A stretch of DNA of 64,000 nt from Octopus vulgaris (Eukaryota), in assembly GCA_951406725.2 (NCBI GenBank), contig OX597820.1, positions 15,376,001 to 15,440,000 on the forward strand, in the 5' to 3' direction. A model generated the notes under the pieces. The model was not told where the DNA came from. It saw only the letters and a list, made by a program, of their open reading frames with translations, and searched no databases. This document shows positions 26,831 through 39,588 of this stretch, one piece after another. Numbering within the stretch: the first letter of the stretch is position 1; every line of letters begins with the position of its first letter. The translations under genes and the position numbers were made by a program.

Positions 26831-26874
<44 letters not shown>

Positions 26875-26953
26875 TTATTCCAATTAAATATTTATGAACA
26901 TATTATGCAGGTGAGTGTATCAGTGCACACATAATACACACATTATATAAATG

Positions 26954-26985
<32 letters not shown>

Positions 26986-27261
26986 CAGACAGATTGAAAA
27001 ACACTCTATATGCATATGTATGTATAAATACACAGAACACAGACACACACAGCAGACACAATGTGACAAATAAAACAGAACTAACAATGCACTGAATTAA
27101 AGAATCTAAATTAACAGTCAGCCATGTTTATTAGTTTTGACAACTTCAGGTAAACTTTAATAAAAATCAACATCTTAGACTATAAAATATTCAGTATTCA
27201 TATAATCATATTAGATTTGCACAAAATTTTAAGTTAAAAATTAATTGACAATATAAGCATA

Positions 27262-27308
<47 letters not shown>

Positions 27309-27619
27309 ATACATATATATGTGTGCATTTATATATATATAGATATATATAAAGACAATATATTTTCAGGGGAGGATATGTGCCTCTGTAATAGAGAGAA
27401 TGAGTGGGATGTAAGCTTTTTTTTTTTTAACCAACAGTTACAAGTAATTTAGGAAACATCAACCTAAAAATCCAGATAACTCTCAGGAAAGGGGCAGGAG
27501 TGAAGTAACTCCATCCTAGTTCCAAATAGAAATAAACAAAATAAAACACAATAGCAACAAAGAGAGCTTTTAGTTGAATATACTAGAAAATATCATGGAT
27601 AACACACGAGTATGTTAGT

Positions 27620-27666
<47 letters not shown>
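26821..27666. repeat. Microsatellite cluster (TA)n, (GATA)n, (TG)n, (CA)n
   Basis: Runs at 26821-26872, 26954-26990, 27266-27350, 27622-27666. Confidence 0.9.
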
Positions 27667-27671
<5 letters not shown>

Positions 27672-27744
27672 TTGTTCTGCTAAAATTTGATAGAAAGTCT
27701 GACAGATTTACAATGAGATTAGCAAAAATGAATAGGAATCTCAC

Positions 27745-27863
27745 CATTACTTCCTGGAGTTTAGATTCCCACATCCCCACAAATACACCAGTACTTGCCG
27801 GGCGAGGGTTTGAATTCGGATTCGGTCGAGACATTGTTGTAGGCTTTATGAAGTTATGTACTT
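27745..27863 (-). CDS. Candidate coding exon (ATG at 27834), unknown protein
   Basis: TTCCAG acceptor, ATG|GTGAGA donor, open frame MSRPNPNSNPRPASTGVFVGMWESKLQEVM; several intact CpGs in CpG-poor surroundings. Confidence 0.45.
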
Positions 27864-29269
27864 CTGGAATTTATTTGTAGTTAAAAAAAAAAATAGACGA
27901 GTGAAAATATTTGGTCCCTAAATAAAGCAAATCAAGCCACGACTGAATGTGAGAGATTGTCTTCTTTTCTTAGGGTAGTTCCTCAGGAATTATAGTTGCA
28001 CTGCCAATGCAATGCAGGGCAGTCTCTACCTTTCTCTCTAGGTGCTTTTTTTTCTGCTGGTGTGGTTTGCTTACTGCTTCATAAATGAAACTGATTAAGA
28101 ATGTATGTATATGTACCTACAATATGAGCAGCCTCCCTCTACCTATTAGATATTCCCCTAACAGCTGCTGAACCAAACTTTATCCCACCCATCCTCTGTA
28201 CATCTATTACTTTCTCTCTCTTACATTCTCTATACCAGCATGCTACCCTTCAGTGCCCAGGTCTGCTAATAGAGGCCTTCTACTAATCCTTACTGACAGT
28301 CTCACAGCCATTCCACCTTACCATCAGCTTCATTACTCACACTGTTAAAAAGACAAGAACTGTTGCTATTGGCTACATCATTTGTTATCTATCAAGGAGG
28401 CGAAAACTGTACAGATATACTACATGAGATTCTTTCCACAAAGTTACACAAACATCACATTTAGAGGAACTTGATGACAGTATGAAGAAACGGTTGTTTC
28501 TATCTCTGACTTTTACAAGATAACCTGAAACCAGCAAAGAATCAGCATAATATAAAAATGGATATCATGCTCTTAGTAAAGTGAGGAAAGGAAGAAAAAA
28601 AAATTTACAGCAGCTTCAAGGATTTTAATAAGACCAGGAAAACAAATATAAGTAGAAAACTTTAATAGAAAATCTTTAATAATATCTACAGGTAAAAGTT
28701 TATATTTTCAGTTAAATAGATGTAGGTATTTTAAATATATATTTTGAATTTATTTAAAGAAAATATTGATTCTTATTTTTACATATTTATGTATATTTCC
28801 TTAGTTACACATATCATACTTGTAAAAGGTGATATGAGAATATATGAGCTTAAATTTCTTTCACTCATCTAGGTGTTTCTAAGATGTTAATAATAAAAAT
28901 ATATATATAACTTAGCTTTATGAATGCAATTTTGAGATCTAACAAGATATACTAATATCAGAATAAAAATATGAAAATATATTAAACTTATAGAGAACAA
29001 TACATAAATTATCAAAACAAAGAGAAATTAACAGATGTACCAGAAATTTTAAATAGATACAATTTATGAAGTATAGTGAATGAATATATATTTATTTAGA
29101 GAACTTTAAACAGTATCTTTTTTATCTAACTATAACTGTAGTGCATCTGTCAGTAATATATCATAAATATTGGGTGAAACGGAAAATGAAAAGGAAAACA
29201 TTTTGCATAAAAACTTTTAAGATATAAAACTTGTAATATGTGCATGTGAGTGTGTTTGTGTGTAAGAAC

Positions 29270-29766
29270 ATAGGCATGGGTATGGGGTTAGAGAGCTTGC
29301 TTCTCAACCGCATGGTTTTGGGTTCAGTTCCACTGCAGCATCCTGGGCAATGCCTTTTTCTAAGCAAAGGCATGGATGTGCAGATGAGAAGTTTGCTTCT
29401 GAATGACATGGTTTTGAGTTCAAGCCTATCGTGGTACCCTGGGTAAATGTATTATACAAAAAATACCAGGACAACCAAAGCCCTGTAATTGGGTAGACAG
29501 AATCTGAAATAAGTCCATTACACACAAGCACTTCTGCATGTGTCTCAATCTCTTCTCTTGGTATAGCATGAATGCCACACGGTCATAGAAGTAGCATCAT
29601 TTGATTCCAATCTTCCATAGAAACATGTGAAGATGAAGGTTGACAACAGGAAAAGCATCTGGCCGTAGAAAATCTGCCTCAGCAAATTCAATCTCACCCA
29701 TGCAAGCATGGAAAAGTGTACATTAAAATGATAATGATGAGGGTGGTATATAAGTATGTGTGTGTG

Positions 29767-29806
<40 letters not shown>

Positions 29807-31780
29807 GTATGTATGTGCATTTGTGTATATACAGAAATGTGTATGCACATATACCTATATACACATACATACATGCAAATGCTTTGACTTGCGTATGTAT
29901 ATTTATATATGAATTTGTGTGCATATACCATGTATATATTTGTGTGTGTATATGTATATATATATAAACAGAGAGAGAGAGATGTAGCTGCATGGTTAAG
30001 AAGTTTGCTTACCAACTATGTAACCTCGGGTTTAGTCTCACTGAAAGCAATCTTGGGCAAGTATCTTCTACTATAACCCAGGTCCTACAAAGTGAAAACT
30101 GAAAAGAGCCTTGTCATAAATGCATGTTTATATACATTTGTGTGTATGTGTACCTTTGACTCGACATATTATGATGGCTGTAAATGAGCATCATCATCAT
30201 ACAAGTGATGTTCTTTTCAAGTTTTCACTAAAAAAAATAAGCCTCGCTATAGGGAAATATTACCTTGCTTGGAAACGGATGAGAGTTGGTGACAAGAAGG
30301 GCATCCAGCCATAGAAAATCTGCCTCAACAAATCTTGTCTGACCCATACAAGCATGGAAAAATGGCCTCCAAATAATGATACACACAGCACACGCACACA
30401 TGTACACACACACAAATATAGGAACACATCTCTAAATAATGTAAGTGAAATATATGATAGTGTCAATGGTAATATCTTGAATTGGTAACAAAAATACGAG
30501 AAAATATTGATAAAATGTATAATTTTATATGATTTCATATTTTGTATTGTAATTTGAAAATTCATTTTTAATTCTATTCAAGTAATAATCTTGAAACTAA
30601 ATGCTATAATTATAATATCTAAACTTCCATATTGACACACTGTTCACTATTCCTGCTAGTATATATTACAATGGCTTAAAATGATTTTATGAACTTTTCA
30701 AAGCTCACTACAAATTTTATAAGGAATTGCAAGGATTTATTGTAATATTTTTAATTTACAGAAGTGATAGGCACAAGTGTGACTGTGTAAGGTAGTCTGC
30801 TTCCTGATCATATAGTTTCAGGTTTAGTCCTACTGTGTGGTGTCTTGAGCATGTGTCTTTTATATCACTGGGCTGACCAAAGCCTTGTGAGTGGATTCGG
30901 AAGATGGAAACTGAAAGAAACCCACCATGTGTGTATGTGTGTTACTGTCTTCTTGTCTTGACATCACTTATAAGCAACTGTCACCGTAATGCAGGTGGTG
31001 TCCTTTGTTTCCAACCTGCTGGGAAAACATTTGGCCATGGGGGAAATAGTCACTTGCTTTGGCCACATATTTGGCAATGGGGAAATATTTCACTTGCTTT
31101 GAAACAGCTGAGGGTTAGCAACAGGAAGTGCATCCATCTGTAGAAAATCTACCACAACAAACTCCATCCAAACCATGCAAGCATGGAAAAGTGAACATTA
31201 AGATGATGATGATGATGAAGAACTAATTAAAATGGAATAATTTTATGTGCAATATTTCATGTTTTAACTCGTATGTAAATCTGTACTGCCTAACCTTACT
31301 TATAACTATTTTTCAAGAGAATGTTGTATAAATTACATCTAGTAATTCATACTGCATGGTTGTCAACTGAACTAGGACAACCATGTATTTAAATGAATAC
31401 TCTAAATGTGAAATAAAGATAAATGTGGTTAAAGAGGCTTGCTTTACAACACTGTGATTTGGGGGTTCAGTCCCACAGTGCAGCACCTCAGACAAGTATC
31501 TTCTATAATAGCCCCAGTTCAACCAATGCTTTGTGAATGTATTTGATAGGTAGAAACTGTTGGGAGCCTATCATGTATGTGTGTGTGTGTGTACGTCTGC
31601 ATTTCTCTCCCAGTGCTTGACAGTGTTGGTTTGTTTACATTCCTGTCACCTAGCAGTTTGGCAATAGAAATCAACAAAATAAGTACCAAACTTTAAAAAA
31701 TAAGTACCGGGGGATGATTTGTTTGACTCAACCTTTCAGCATAGCCGCACTCCAATGAGTGGAAAAAAGTAAGAGATAAT
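29270..31780 (+). mobile_element. Cluster of co-oriented family B SINEs
   Basis: Heads near 29270, 29368, 29980, 30770 and 31425; B2 tails ending about 29740, 30380 and 31220; B1 tail ending about 31780. Confidence 0.75.
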
Positions 31781-32039
31781 GATAAAAAGAATTTTATTCC
31801 TTTTAAAATCTTTTTTAGGATTTGTTTTTCAACACTTCATGATCAATAAAATTCATGCCAGTAGCATACTGAATTAATTTCTAACAACCATGTTTCTTTT
31901 TGAAATAAAGATTAAGGCAGAAAAGCAATTTTTTTTAAGTCAATATATTCATCAATCTTTTGTCACCAGATTTATGATTACGAATTCCATGTGTGTGTGT
32001 GTGTTTAGATGGTGTTTATTATAATAGGCCATAATATTT

Positions 32040-32262
32040 ATTTCCTTACTGCCCACAGGGGGCTAAACATACGGGGGACAAACAAGGGGATTAAGTCAAT
32101 TACATCAACCCCAGTGGATAACTGGTACTTATTTAATCAACCCTGAAAAGATGAAAAGCAAAGTCAACCCTGGCAGAATTCGAACTCAGAATGTAACAGC
32201 TGACGAAATACTTCTAAGTATTTCGCCTGGCATGCTAATGATTCTGCCAGCTCATTGCCCTT
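32040..32262 (-). mobile_element. SINE family A
   Basis: Full-length match to 11767-11998. Confidence 0.85.
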
Positions 32263-32554
32263 AATATCGCACTGAGAAGGAACAATGATAACTTGAAAAA
32301 TATGTGACCCTCTCTCCATCATGATTGGAGGTTTGATGTTAGAAGAATATTCAGGGATGATAACTCTCTCAAATATTTTTCTTGGGGATATTCAAAATTA
32401 AGAAAAGTAAATAATGAAATTATAAACCAATTCATAGTTAAATAAACTATTTTTAGAAAATATTTAAGTAAACCAAAGAATAACATTTATAATCAAAAAC
32501 TATAAGTATATCTTTGTGGTCATTTTTTTATTCACGAAAGTTTTTTTTTTTTGT

Positions 32555-32872
32555 CTTGCAAGTACTTGGTGACCCTGTCAGTGCAGGTGCCACTTAAAAG
32601 CTCTCAGTCCACACTGTAAAGTGGTTGGTGTTCTGAAGGACATCCAGCAGTAAGAACCTTGCCAAAACTGACCTTGCCTGCGCTAGTGCCACGTAAAAAG
32701 CATGAAGTCCATTCTGCTGAGTGTTTGGTGTTAGGAAGGGCATCCAGCAGTAAAAATTCTGCCAAAACAGTCACAGAAGTTTGGTGCAGGCTTCTGCCTG
32801 GCTGGCTCTCGTGAAACCGTCCCACCCATGCTAGCATGGAAGGTAAACGTTAAAAGATGATGATGATGATGA
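32555..32872 (+). mobile_element. RTE-type 3' end (family C) with internal tandem duplication
   Basis: TTGGTGTT...CATCCAGCAGTAA...TGCCAAAAC occurs twice; (TGA)n tail. Confidence 0.8.
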
Positions 32873-33229
32873 TAAGATTTTAAGAGTTTGCCTAATTTTA
32901 ATTCTCTTCTAGTGGAGATAGCATGCTTGGCTTTGAGCTCAATTCCACAGTGCAGCAGTTTCTGTCAACTAGATTTTGTTCAGAAGTCATTTGTTAACCC
33001 AAGGCTATAGAAGATATTTGTCTAAAGCGTTTACACAGTGGAGCTGAACTTAACCGGACAGACAACTATACCTGTGCATAAGGAGTAGATATATATATTT
33101 AAAAAGCCATACAAGAGAGAAGGAAAAGAGACATTCTTTTATTCTTTTACTGGTTTCAGCATTTAAGAAGAACTTGACACATAGAAAATTAAAAGGGTTT
33201 CACAATCATACACATACAGAAGGTCACAA

Positions 33230-33560
33230 ATAGAGGACTCCATTACATGGACAACAGAACAAACAACAGATGCTACTATTAGTTAGTAATATTCTACAGT
33301 TTGGTCTACTACAAACAGGTGTGTTTGAAATTGAAGATTTAATGGGAAGTAGTACGAAGAAATTTGTAAGCAAAAGGAAAAAAAAGTGTTCAACAAAAGA
33401 GAGGTATGTCGATAGGCAGAAGGGGTACCTTGGGAAGAAGGAAATACAAGACTAGCAGGAAGAAATGAATCAAGGTGTTAGCCAAGTACTAGGTACAGAA
33501 ATGTAAGTGAAAAAGCAGAGATAAACAAAAGAAAACTACTGTAATAGAGAAAACAGAGTT
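33230..33560 (-). mobile_element. Very old LINE 3' remnant (CR1/L2 group)
   Basis: Purine-rich plus strand; minus strand weakly echoes the remnant at 7085-7790. Confidence 0.3.
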
Positions 33561-34597
33561 TAATGTTATAATACTAAGTGATGCCAAAATTAAATAACAG
33601 TGCTACTCTGAAGAAGGAGAAACAACGATATTAGTTTCTTTGTACAAAGATAACTGAAGATTCAGTTGCTGAAAATTCTATTATGTGAAATACTATAGAG
33701 GTTCCTTTATATTATAAAGAGTGAAGGGAATAAACAAGCCGATAACAATCACCTAAAATTGTTTATTACATTTTTTTTACTTTCATATTATCTATCATTA
33801 GACATTATAAAACAAAAACAAAAAAAAATGTAAGAGCTTAGGTAGAATTTCTTAAAAGATAGATAAATAAATTGATAGAAAATAAAATGAAAATTGTTGT
33901 AGTAGATGTTCTATATAGGGTATGGATGTGGCTGAAATTCACTTTGCAACCACATGATCTCAGGTTCAATATCTCTATGCAGCACTTTGGACATATGTTT
34001 TCTACCATGTTGACCAATGGCCTTGTAAATGAAATTTGGTAGACAGAAACTGTGTGGAAGCCACATTATCGTATATATATTCAGTGTACAGAATACTCCA
34101 ACATATTTTTCCTCAACTGATATTCATATCACTACATTCCTTCAATCATCATCATCATTATTGTCATCATTTAATATCCATTTTCCATGCTGGCATAGGT
34201 TGGATGGCTCGACAGGAACTAACAAGCCAGAGGACTGTATCAAACTCCAAGTTTCTAAAGATGGATACTCTTCTTAATGTCAACCACTTTACAGAGTGTA
34301 TTGAGTGCCGTTTTTTGTGGCACCAGCACTTATGAGGTCACCAAAACAAGACAGGACCCACTTCAACTGAGTGGGATATAGTATTGAGGGATGTGAAAGT
34401 ATGATTGAGGAACAGGAACAGGTGTTTTGCTGAAGAGTTGAATACATGGCTTCCCAGCTGGAAGGGGGGGGGGGGAGATGTTGAGGGTGTGACTATAAGA
34501 GAGTGTATGTCCCAATGAGGAACAGTAAAGGTGGATGGGTAGGTAGGTAAGTTTGTGAGAGAGTGAAAAGAATGTGACAAATGATTAGAGATGAGGA

Positions 34598-34812
34598 TTC
34601 TTTTCTACTCTAGGCACAAGGCCCAAAATTTTGGTGGAGGGGGCCAGTCGATTAGATCGATCCCAGTACGCAACTGGTACTTAATTTATCGACCCCGAAA
34701 GGATGAAAGGCAAAGTCGACTTTGGCGGAATTTGAACTCAGAACGTAAAGACAGACGAAATACTGCTAAGCATTCCACCTGGTGTGCTAACGATTCTGCC
34801 AGCTTGCCGCCT
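34598..34812 (-). mobile_element. SINE family A (tail type 2)
   Basis: Same head and core as the other A copies; tail AGGCACAAGGCCCAAAATTTTGG on the plus strand. Confidence 0.88.
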
Positions 34813-35144
34813 GGACATCCCTATTAGCATTCTGAAGTGCCTGGGTTTTTCATTTCACAGCAACTATAACCATCCAACTTACCAGGAAACTGTCCAATTT
34901 CAGATTTGAGGAAAACTGATGCAATTACTTATTTATAATAAGGCCAGGTAAAATCTTATTTGCACCTCCTTTACTGACCGGTCACCCTTCTTTGAAATGG
35001 ACCCAGTCTGCTCAGTATAATGATAGTTACTGCATTCTGATTGAAGCTATTGATCAGAATCTATAATTTTTTTTCTGAAAAGACCTCTGATCTATTGGCT
35101 CCAGCACTTCAGTCTGGGGCTGAGTTTGCTTAACTATTGCACAT

Positions 35145-35181
35145 GGAAAGCGGACGTTAAACGATGATGATGATGATGATG
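35145..35181 (+). mobile_element. 37-nt RTE 3' tip insertion
   Basis: GGAAAGCGGACGTTAAAC(GAT)n between a perfect 9-bp TSD ATTGCACAT. Confidence 0.8.
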
Positions 35182-35543
35182 ATTGCACATTAGGTTGATA
35201 TTGTAGGCAAATCACAGTTGGTATTTCCTCTGATAGAAATGGAAATACCAAAATTACATTGTGTCTAGCACTTAATATTTTCTAGGAAGATATTGAAAAA
35301 TACTGAGTAGAGGAGACAGGGTTGTTATAAACATTGTTGTCCTGAAGAAATCTCTAATGTTATTCAGATCTATTTGAATTTTCATATAGTGCTTCAACTA
35401 CTTGGATGTGATTCTATTCAAGTTGTAATCACTTGCCACAAACCTCATCTCACATACACACACAAATAGAAATCATCATTTCCATTGTTATTTTATGCCT
35501 GCTCTCCATGCTATCTTAGGTTAGATGGGACATTTTGGTCTAT

Positions 35544-35827
35544 CATCATCATCATCACCATTGTTTAATGTCTGCTTTCCTTGCTAGCATGGGTTGGACG
35601 ATTTTGACTGAGGGCTGGCGAACCAGATGGCTGCACCAGGCTCCAATCTTGATCTGGCAGTGTTTCTACAGCTGGATGCCCTTCCTAATGCCAACTACTC
35701 CGAGAGTGTAGTGGGTGCTTTTTACGTGCCACCGGCACGGGGGCCAGTCAGGCGGTACTGGCAACGACCTCGCTCGAATCTTTTTACACGTGCCAGTGAA
35801 GCGATGTTGGTAACGATCACGCTCGAA
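35544..35827 (-). mobile_element. RTE 3' end (family C)
   Basis: 8-bp TSD TGGTCTAT (35536-35543, 35828-35835). Confidence 0.88.
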
Positions 35828-36974
35828 TGGTCTATATAAATTTTTATTTAGCCATGTCAAAGACCTGTCTCATTTATCTGTTCCATTTTTTGCATGATTA
35901 TCTTTTCATAAGGATGTTAGTTGTTATACACATAGAAAAAAAGTACTCAATACACAAAGTAGAGTATATATATTTTATGATTCAAGAAGTTGCTTGAATC
36001 ATAGTTCTCACATTTCTGATTTGTCAAATTATGTATGTATGACATATATGCAGGTGTATGTGTGTGTGCGTGTGTGTGTATGCATGCTTGCATGAATGAA
36101 TGTATATATGTGTGTATACATAGTGTACATGTATTTATGTATGTGTAAACTAACATTTATCACATTTCACTTATTTGGACCAATACATAGCAATTAATTT
36201 ACTGTGCTCACTAAACTTGTTAGAAATACCAGAAAAACCTCCTTCAAACCACACACACAAAAAAAGGCACATTAGATAGAATACTCCTAAACAAACAAAC
36301 AGCCAGACATACAAAAAACAAAAAAAAAAAAGAGAGAGCCAATGGTCATTGCTTAAATGTCTTTGATCATAGCTGTACTTGATCAGAGCTGACATGGATT
36401 TTAAAACTCAACAACAACTCTCTCTATGAACTAACAAAAAAACTGGAGGAGGTGGGCAGAAGTAGAGAGACTGAACATAGTGGAATGGCTACTTCAGAAT
36501 CCTAAACATGTAACCATACTAATACTACCAATGAGTTGTTTACTATCTTAGTTGTAATCTTTTACATGTTTTGGCTCTGTTTTATCAAAACGCACTAGTT
36601 CCTCATGTTGATTGCATTAAGTAATTATCTGAATCCAAATAAAAATCTAAGATGAAATAAAACCCTACAGCAGTCTAGTCTAACCTTTCAACTTCTGTGA
36701 CACAAAGTCAGGAACAGAGAGGGGGGTGGGTGAGAGATGGGAAATAATTATAAAAAAAAAGATAACAGGATTTTCTAACATTATAAAATTAAAGCCAGAT
36801 TTGACAGAGTAACTTCTAATTTTTCAATTAGCCACAAGTATACATGAGCAAGTGTTTATAATAGTGAATGTGTGTGAGTGTGTATACACACACATACATG
36901 TGTATATATTTGGCACGTATATGTGTATACACACACACATATATATATATATACACATACATACAAACACACAC

Positions 36975-37140
36975 ATATATACTGATAACACACACCCATA
37001 AAAACACACACACACATATACACATACATACTGACAACACACACATATACACATTCATACTGACAACACACACATACATATACACATTCATACTGACAAC
37101 ACACACACACATATACACATTCATACTGACAACACACACA
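36975..37140. repeat. ~30-bp minisatellite ATATACACATTCATACTGACAAC(AC)n
   Basis: About five units, three near-identical. Confidence 0.85.
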
Positions 37141-37322
37141 ACTTTTGCATTTGTTTTACCATGCTGGCATGGTTGGACATATCTACATAGTGATGTGTGT
37201 GGGTACATACACATACCCACTGTTACTTATCAGAATCTGAGGAATAAAACTTAGCAACAAATCAGCTTTGAATCAGAGCAGAACAGTAGTTCTTCACTCT
37301 TCACCCTATTTTATAAGTATTG

Positions 37323-37355
<33 letters not shown>

Positions 37356-37954
37356 AGATAGATTGATAAATAGAGAGAGAGAAAGAGAGAGAGCAAGAGA
37401 GAGAGAGAGTCTAACAACTGTTGCTGCTAATGTTATTCTGGATACAAGTTGGCAGGAGTTTTGAGGTGCCTACAAAAACTTACCTAGCACACAATACCAT
37501 AATTGCAAGAGCAGAAAATAGGGGAGATAAACAATCCTAGATCTTATTTTTTTAACAGACTGGAAAGATAAAGGGTTGTAAAAAAACATAAAGATCCTGA
37601 TATATAATGCCAGAAGCAAGTGAACGCAAGAAAAGTAGTAATAATTTCATCACACGTATACACTCACATCCGCACAAACATATTATAAGATTTACAAAGT
37701 AAGGTATTAAAGGAGGTGTTTAAGATATTGTCATTGGTGGGGGAGTAATGGGGAAGGCATAGTGTAGGTGTTGAAAAGGTTATTTATAATGCTGATATGA
37801 GAATATAAAAAGCAACGGGTGTAAACCATGTGTGAGGTATTTTCAGAGTTAACTTAGAAATGGGGTGTGATAGTTAAGAAAGAAACCAACTTGAAGATAA
37901 AACTTGCTTCAGTTTTTCACCTTCAGTAACTATTTGTAGGTATGTGTGTATATA

Positions 37955-37989
<35 letters not shown>

Positions 37990-38089
37990 ACGCGTATGCA
38001 TATGTAGACAAACATGAAGGGAAGTGGAAATGAAAGAGCAATTGTTTTAAAAGATTTGAGACAGTATTGGCGAGAATTCTTTGTAACCA

Positions 38090-38314
38090 TTATAAAAATT
38101 TGATATCTTCTTCATAACTGTCACCATGACTGCTTGAAAAGATCAGATGTTTCTTAAGTATGAACATGTAAGTTTTCGAAATTATCTCCCTTTGACTTTG
38201 AAAATTGTTAGCAATTGCCACTAGGTTTTTGTGTTCTTTCTCTAACAAAGAAGCAAATTTCAATTCATTTAGAATTTTTCTCATACATGATTTAAGCACC
38301 TCACCAGGTTCCTC
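38090..38314 (-). CDS. Candidate terminal coding exon, unknown protein
   Basis: TTTAG acceptor then 74 open codons EEPGEVLKSCMRKILNELKFASLLEKEHK...EEDIKFL*; phase-compatible with upstream candidate 38544-38591. Confidence 0.35.
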   Translation of the reverse strand, partial: EEPGEVLKSCMRKILNELKFASLLEKEHKNLVAIANNFQSQREIISKTYMFILKKHLIFSSSHGDSYEEDIKFL

Positions 38315-38543
38315 CTAAATTATAAGATACACAATTTAAAGTACATAGTCTATAATTACAGATTAGCAATACGGTGACTCAATAGCAAAAGTGTACCTTA
38401 GTCACACTACATAAACATATTATCTTGTGACAGTTCATTCATGAAAATTTCTCAAATGATAGCACTGACAGTGTATCGTAATTCAATACAACTACACGCA
38501 CTGTTTACGAGGCAAAGACATATGTCTTAATTACCGAACTTAC

Positions 38544-38591
38544 CACTGTAACATTTGTACATCTAGAAGTTTTGTTAATTTTGCAGCTACC
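38544..38591 (-). CDS. Candidate short exon
   Basis: CCTCTTTGCAGTTAG tandem acceptors, GTG|GTAAGT consensus donor; GSCKINKTSRCTNVTV. Confidence 0.3.
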
Positions 38592-38652
38592 CTAACTGCA
38601 AAGAGGAATGGGCTCCACTGGGCAAAGGGTCTAAGGTATGTTATGCAAAGAA

Positions 38653-39086
38653 AGGCGGCGAGCTGGCAGACACGTTAGCACACCGGGCGAAATGCTTAGC
38701 GGTATTTCATCTGCCACTACGTTCTAAGTTCAAATTCCACCAAGGTCAACTTTGCCTTGCATCCTTTCGTAGTCAATTAAATAAATACCAGTTACGCACT
38801 GGGGTCGATATAATCGACTTAATCCGTTTGTCCTCTCTGTGTTTAGCCCCTTGTGGGTAGTAAAGAAATAAGAAACGTAAGCACGCCAGGCAAAATGCTT
38901 AGCGGTATTTCGTCTGCCATTACGTTCTGAGTTCAAATTCCACCGAGGTCAACTTTGCCTTGCATCCTTTCGGGGTCAATTAAATAAGTACCAGTTACAC
39001 ACTGGGGTCAATATAATTGACTTAATCCATTTGTCTGTCCTTGTTTGCCCTCTCTATGTTTAGCCCCTTGTGGGTAGTAAAGAAAT
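38653..39086 (+). mobile_element. Head-to-tail dimer of SINE family A
   Basis: Single perfect 19-bp TSD AGGTATGTTATGCAAAGAA (38634-38652, 39087-39105) around two units. Confidence 0.92.
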
Positions 39087-39284
39087 AGGTATGTTATGCA
39101 AAGAATACTGCATTCAGAGTGAACCCCAACAACCCAAAACCTTATCAGAATATCCATTTTGTACATATATCGAGGAAGGATATACATATCATATACATAT
39201 CACTGAGGCAACGTTTTTGATGTAACACCATTGAATTGCCTTGAGATCCACAAATATATTTATTTGATGTCATGTCACAATCAT

Positions 39285-39588
39285 GAGGAGGCACATGGCC
39301 TAGTGGTTAGAGCAGCGGACTCACGGTCAAAGGATCGCGGGTTCGAATGTCAGACCGGGCGATGTGTGTGTTTATGAATGAAACACCTAAACTCCATGCG
39401 ACTCTGGCAGAAGGTAATGGCAGAACTTCTGCTGACTCGTTTACCACAACTTTCTCTCACTCTTTCGTCCAGCATCTTGCAGCTCACCTGCGACGGACCG
39501 GCGTCCCGTCCATGTGGGGAATCTATATGCCGAGGAAACTGGGAAACCAGCCCTTATGAGCCAGACATGGCTCAAGAAGGAACAAACA
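39285..39588 (+). mobile_element. tRNA-derived SINE with V-domain-like core
   Basis: A box TGGCCTAGTGG, B box GGTTCGAAT; CCTGCGACGGACCGGCGTCCCGTCCA resembles the V-SINE domain; 13-bp TSD ATGT(C/G)ACAATCAT. Confidence 0.88.

Noticed and set aside
27745-27834. Assignment to MAGI (WTSKVHE-like) or CEP63 (EAELQELM-like)
   Set aside because: The resemblance covers only a few residues and no matching downstream exon was found.
29545-30015. 156-aa ORF and similar HT/VC/YI-rich ORFs throughout the track
   Set aside because: Translations of microsatellites and SINEs.
36824-37254. Overlapping long ORFs or a CRISPR-like array
   Set aside because: Low-complexity CA/TA minisatellite with no unique spacers.
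39285-39360. tRNA gene
   Set aside because: A and B boxes are present but there is no closing acceptor stem; it continues into a SINE body within a TSD.
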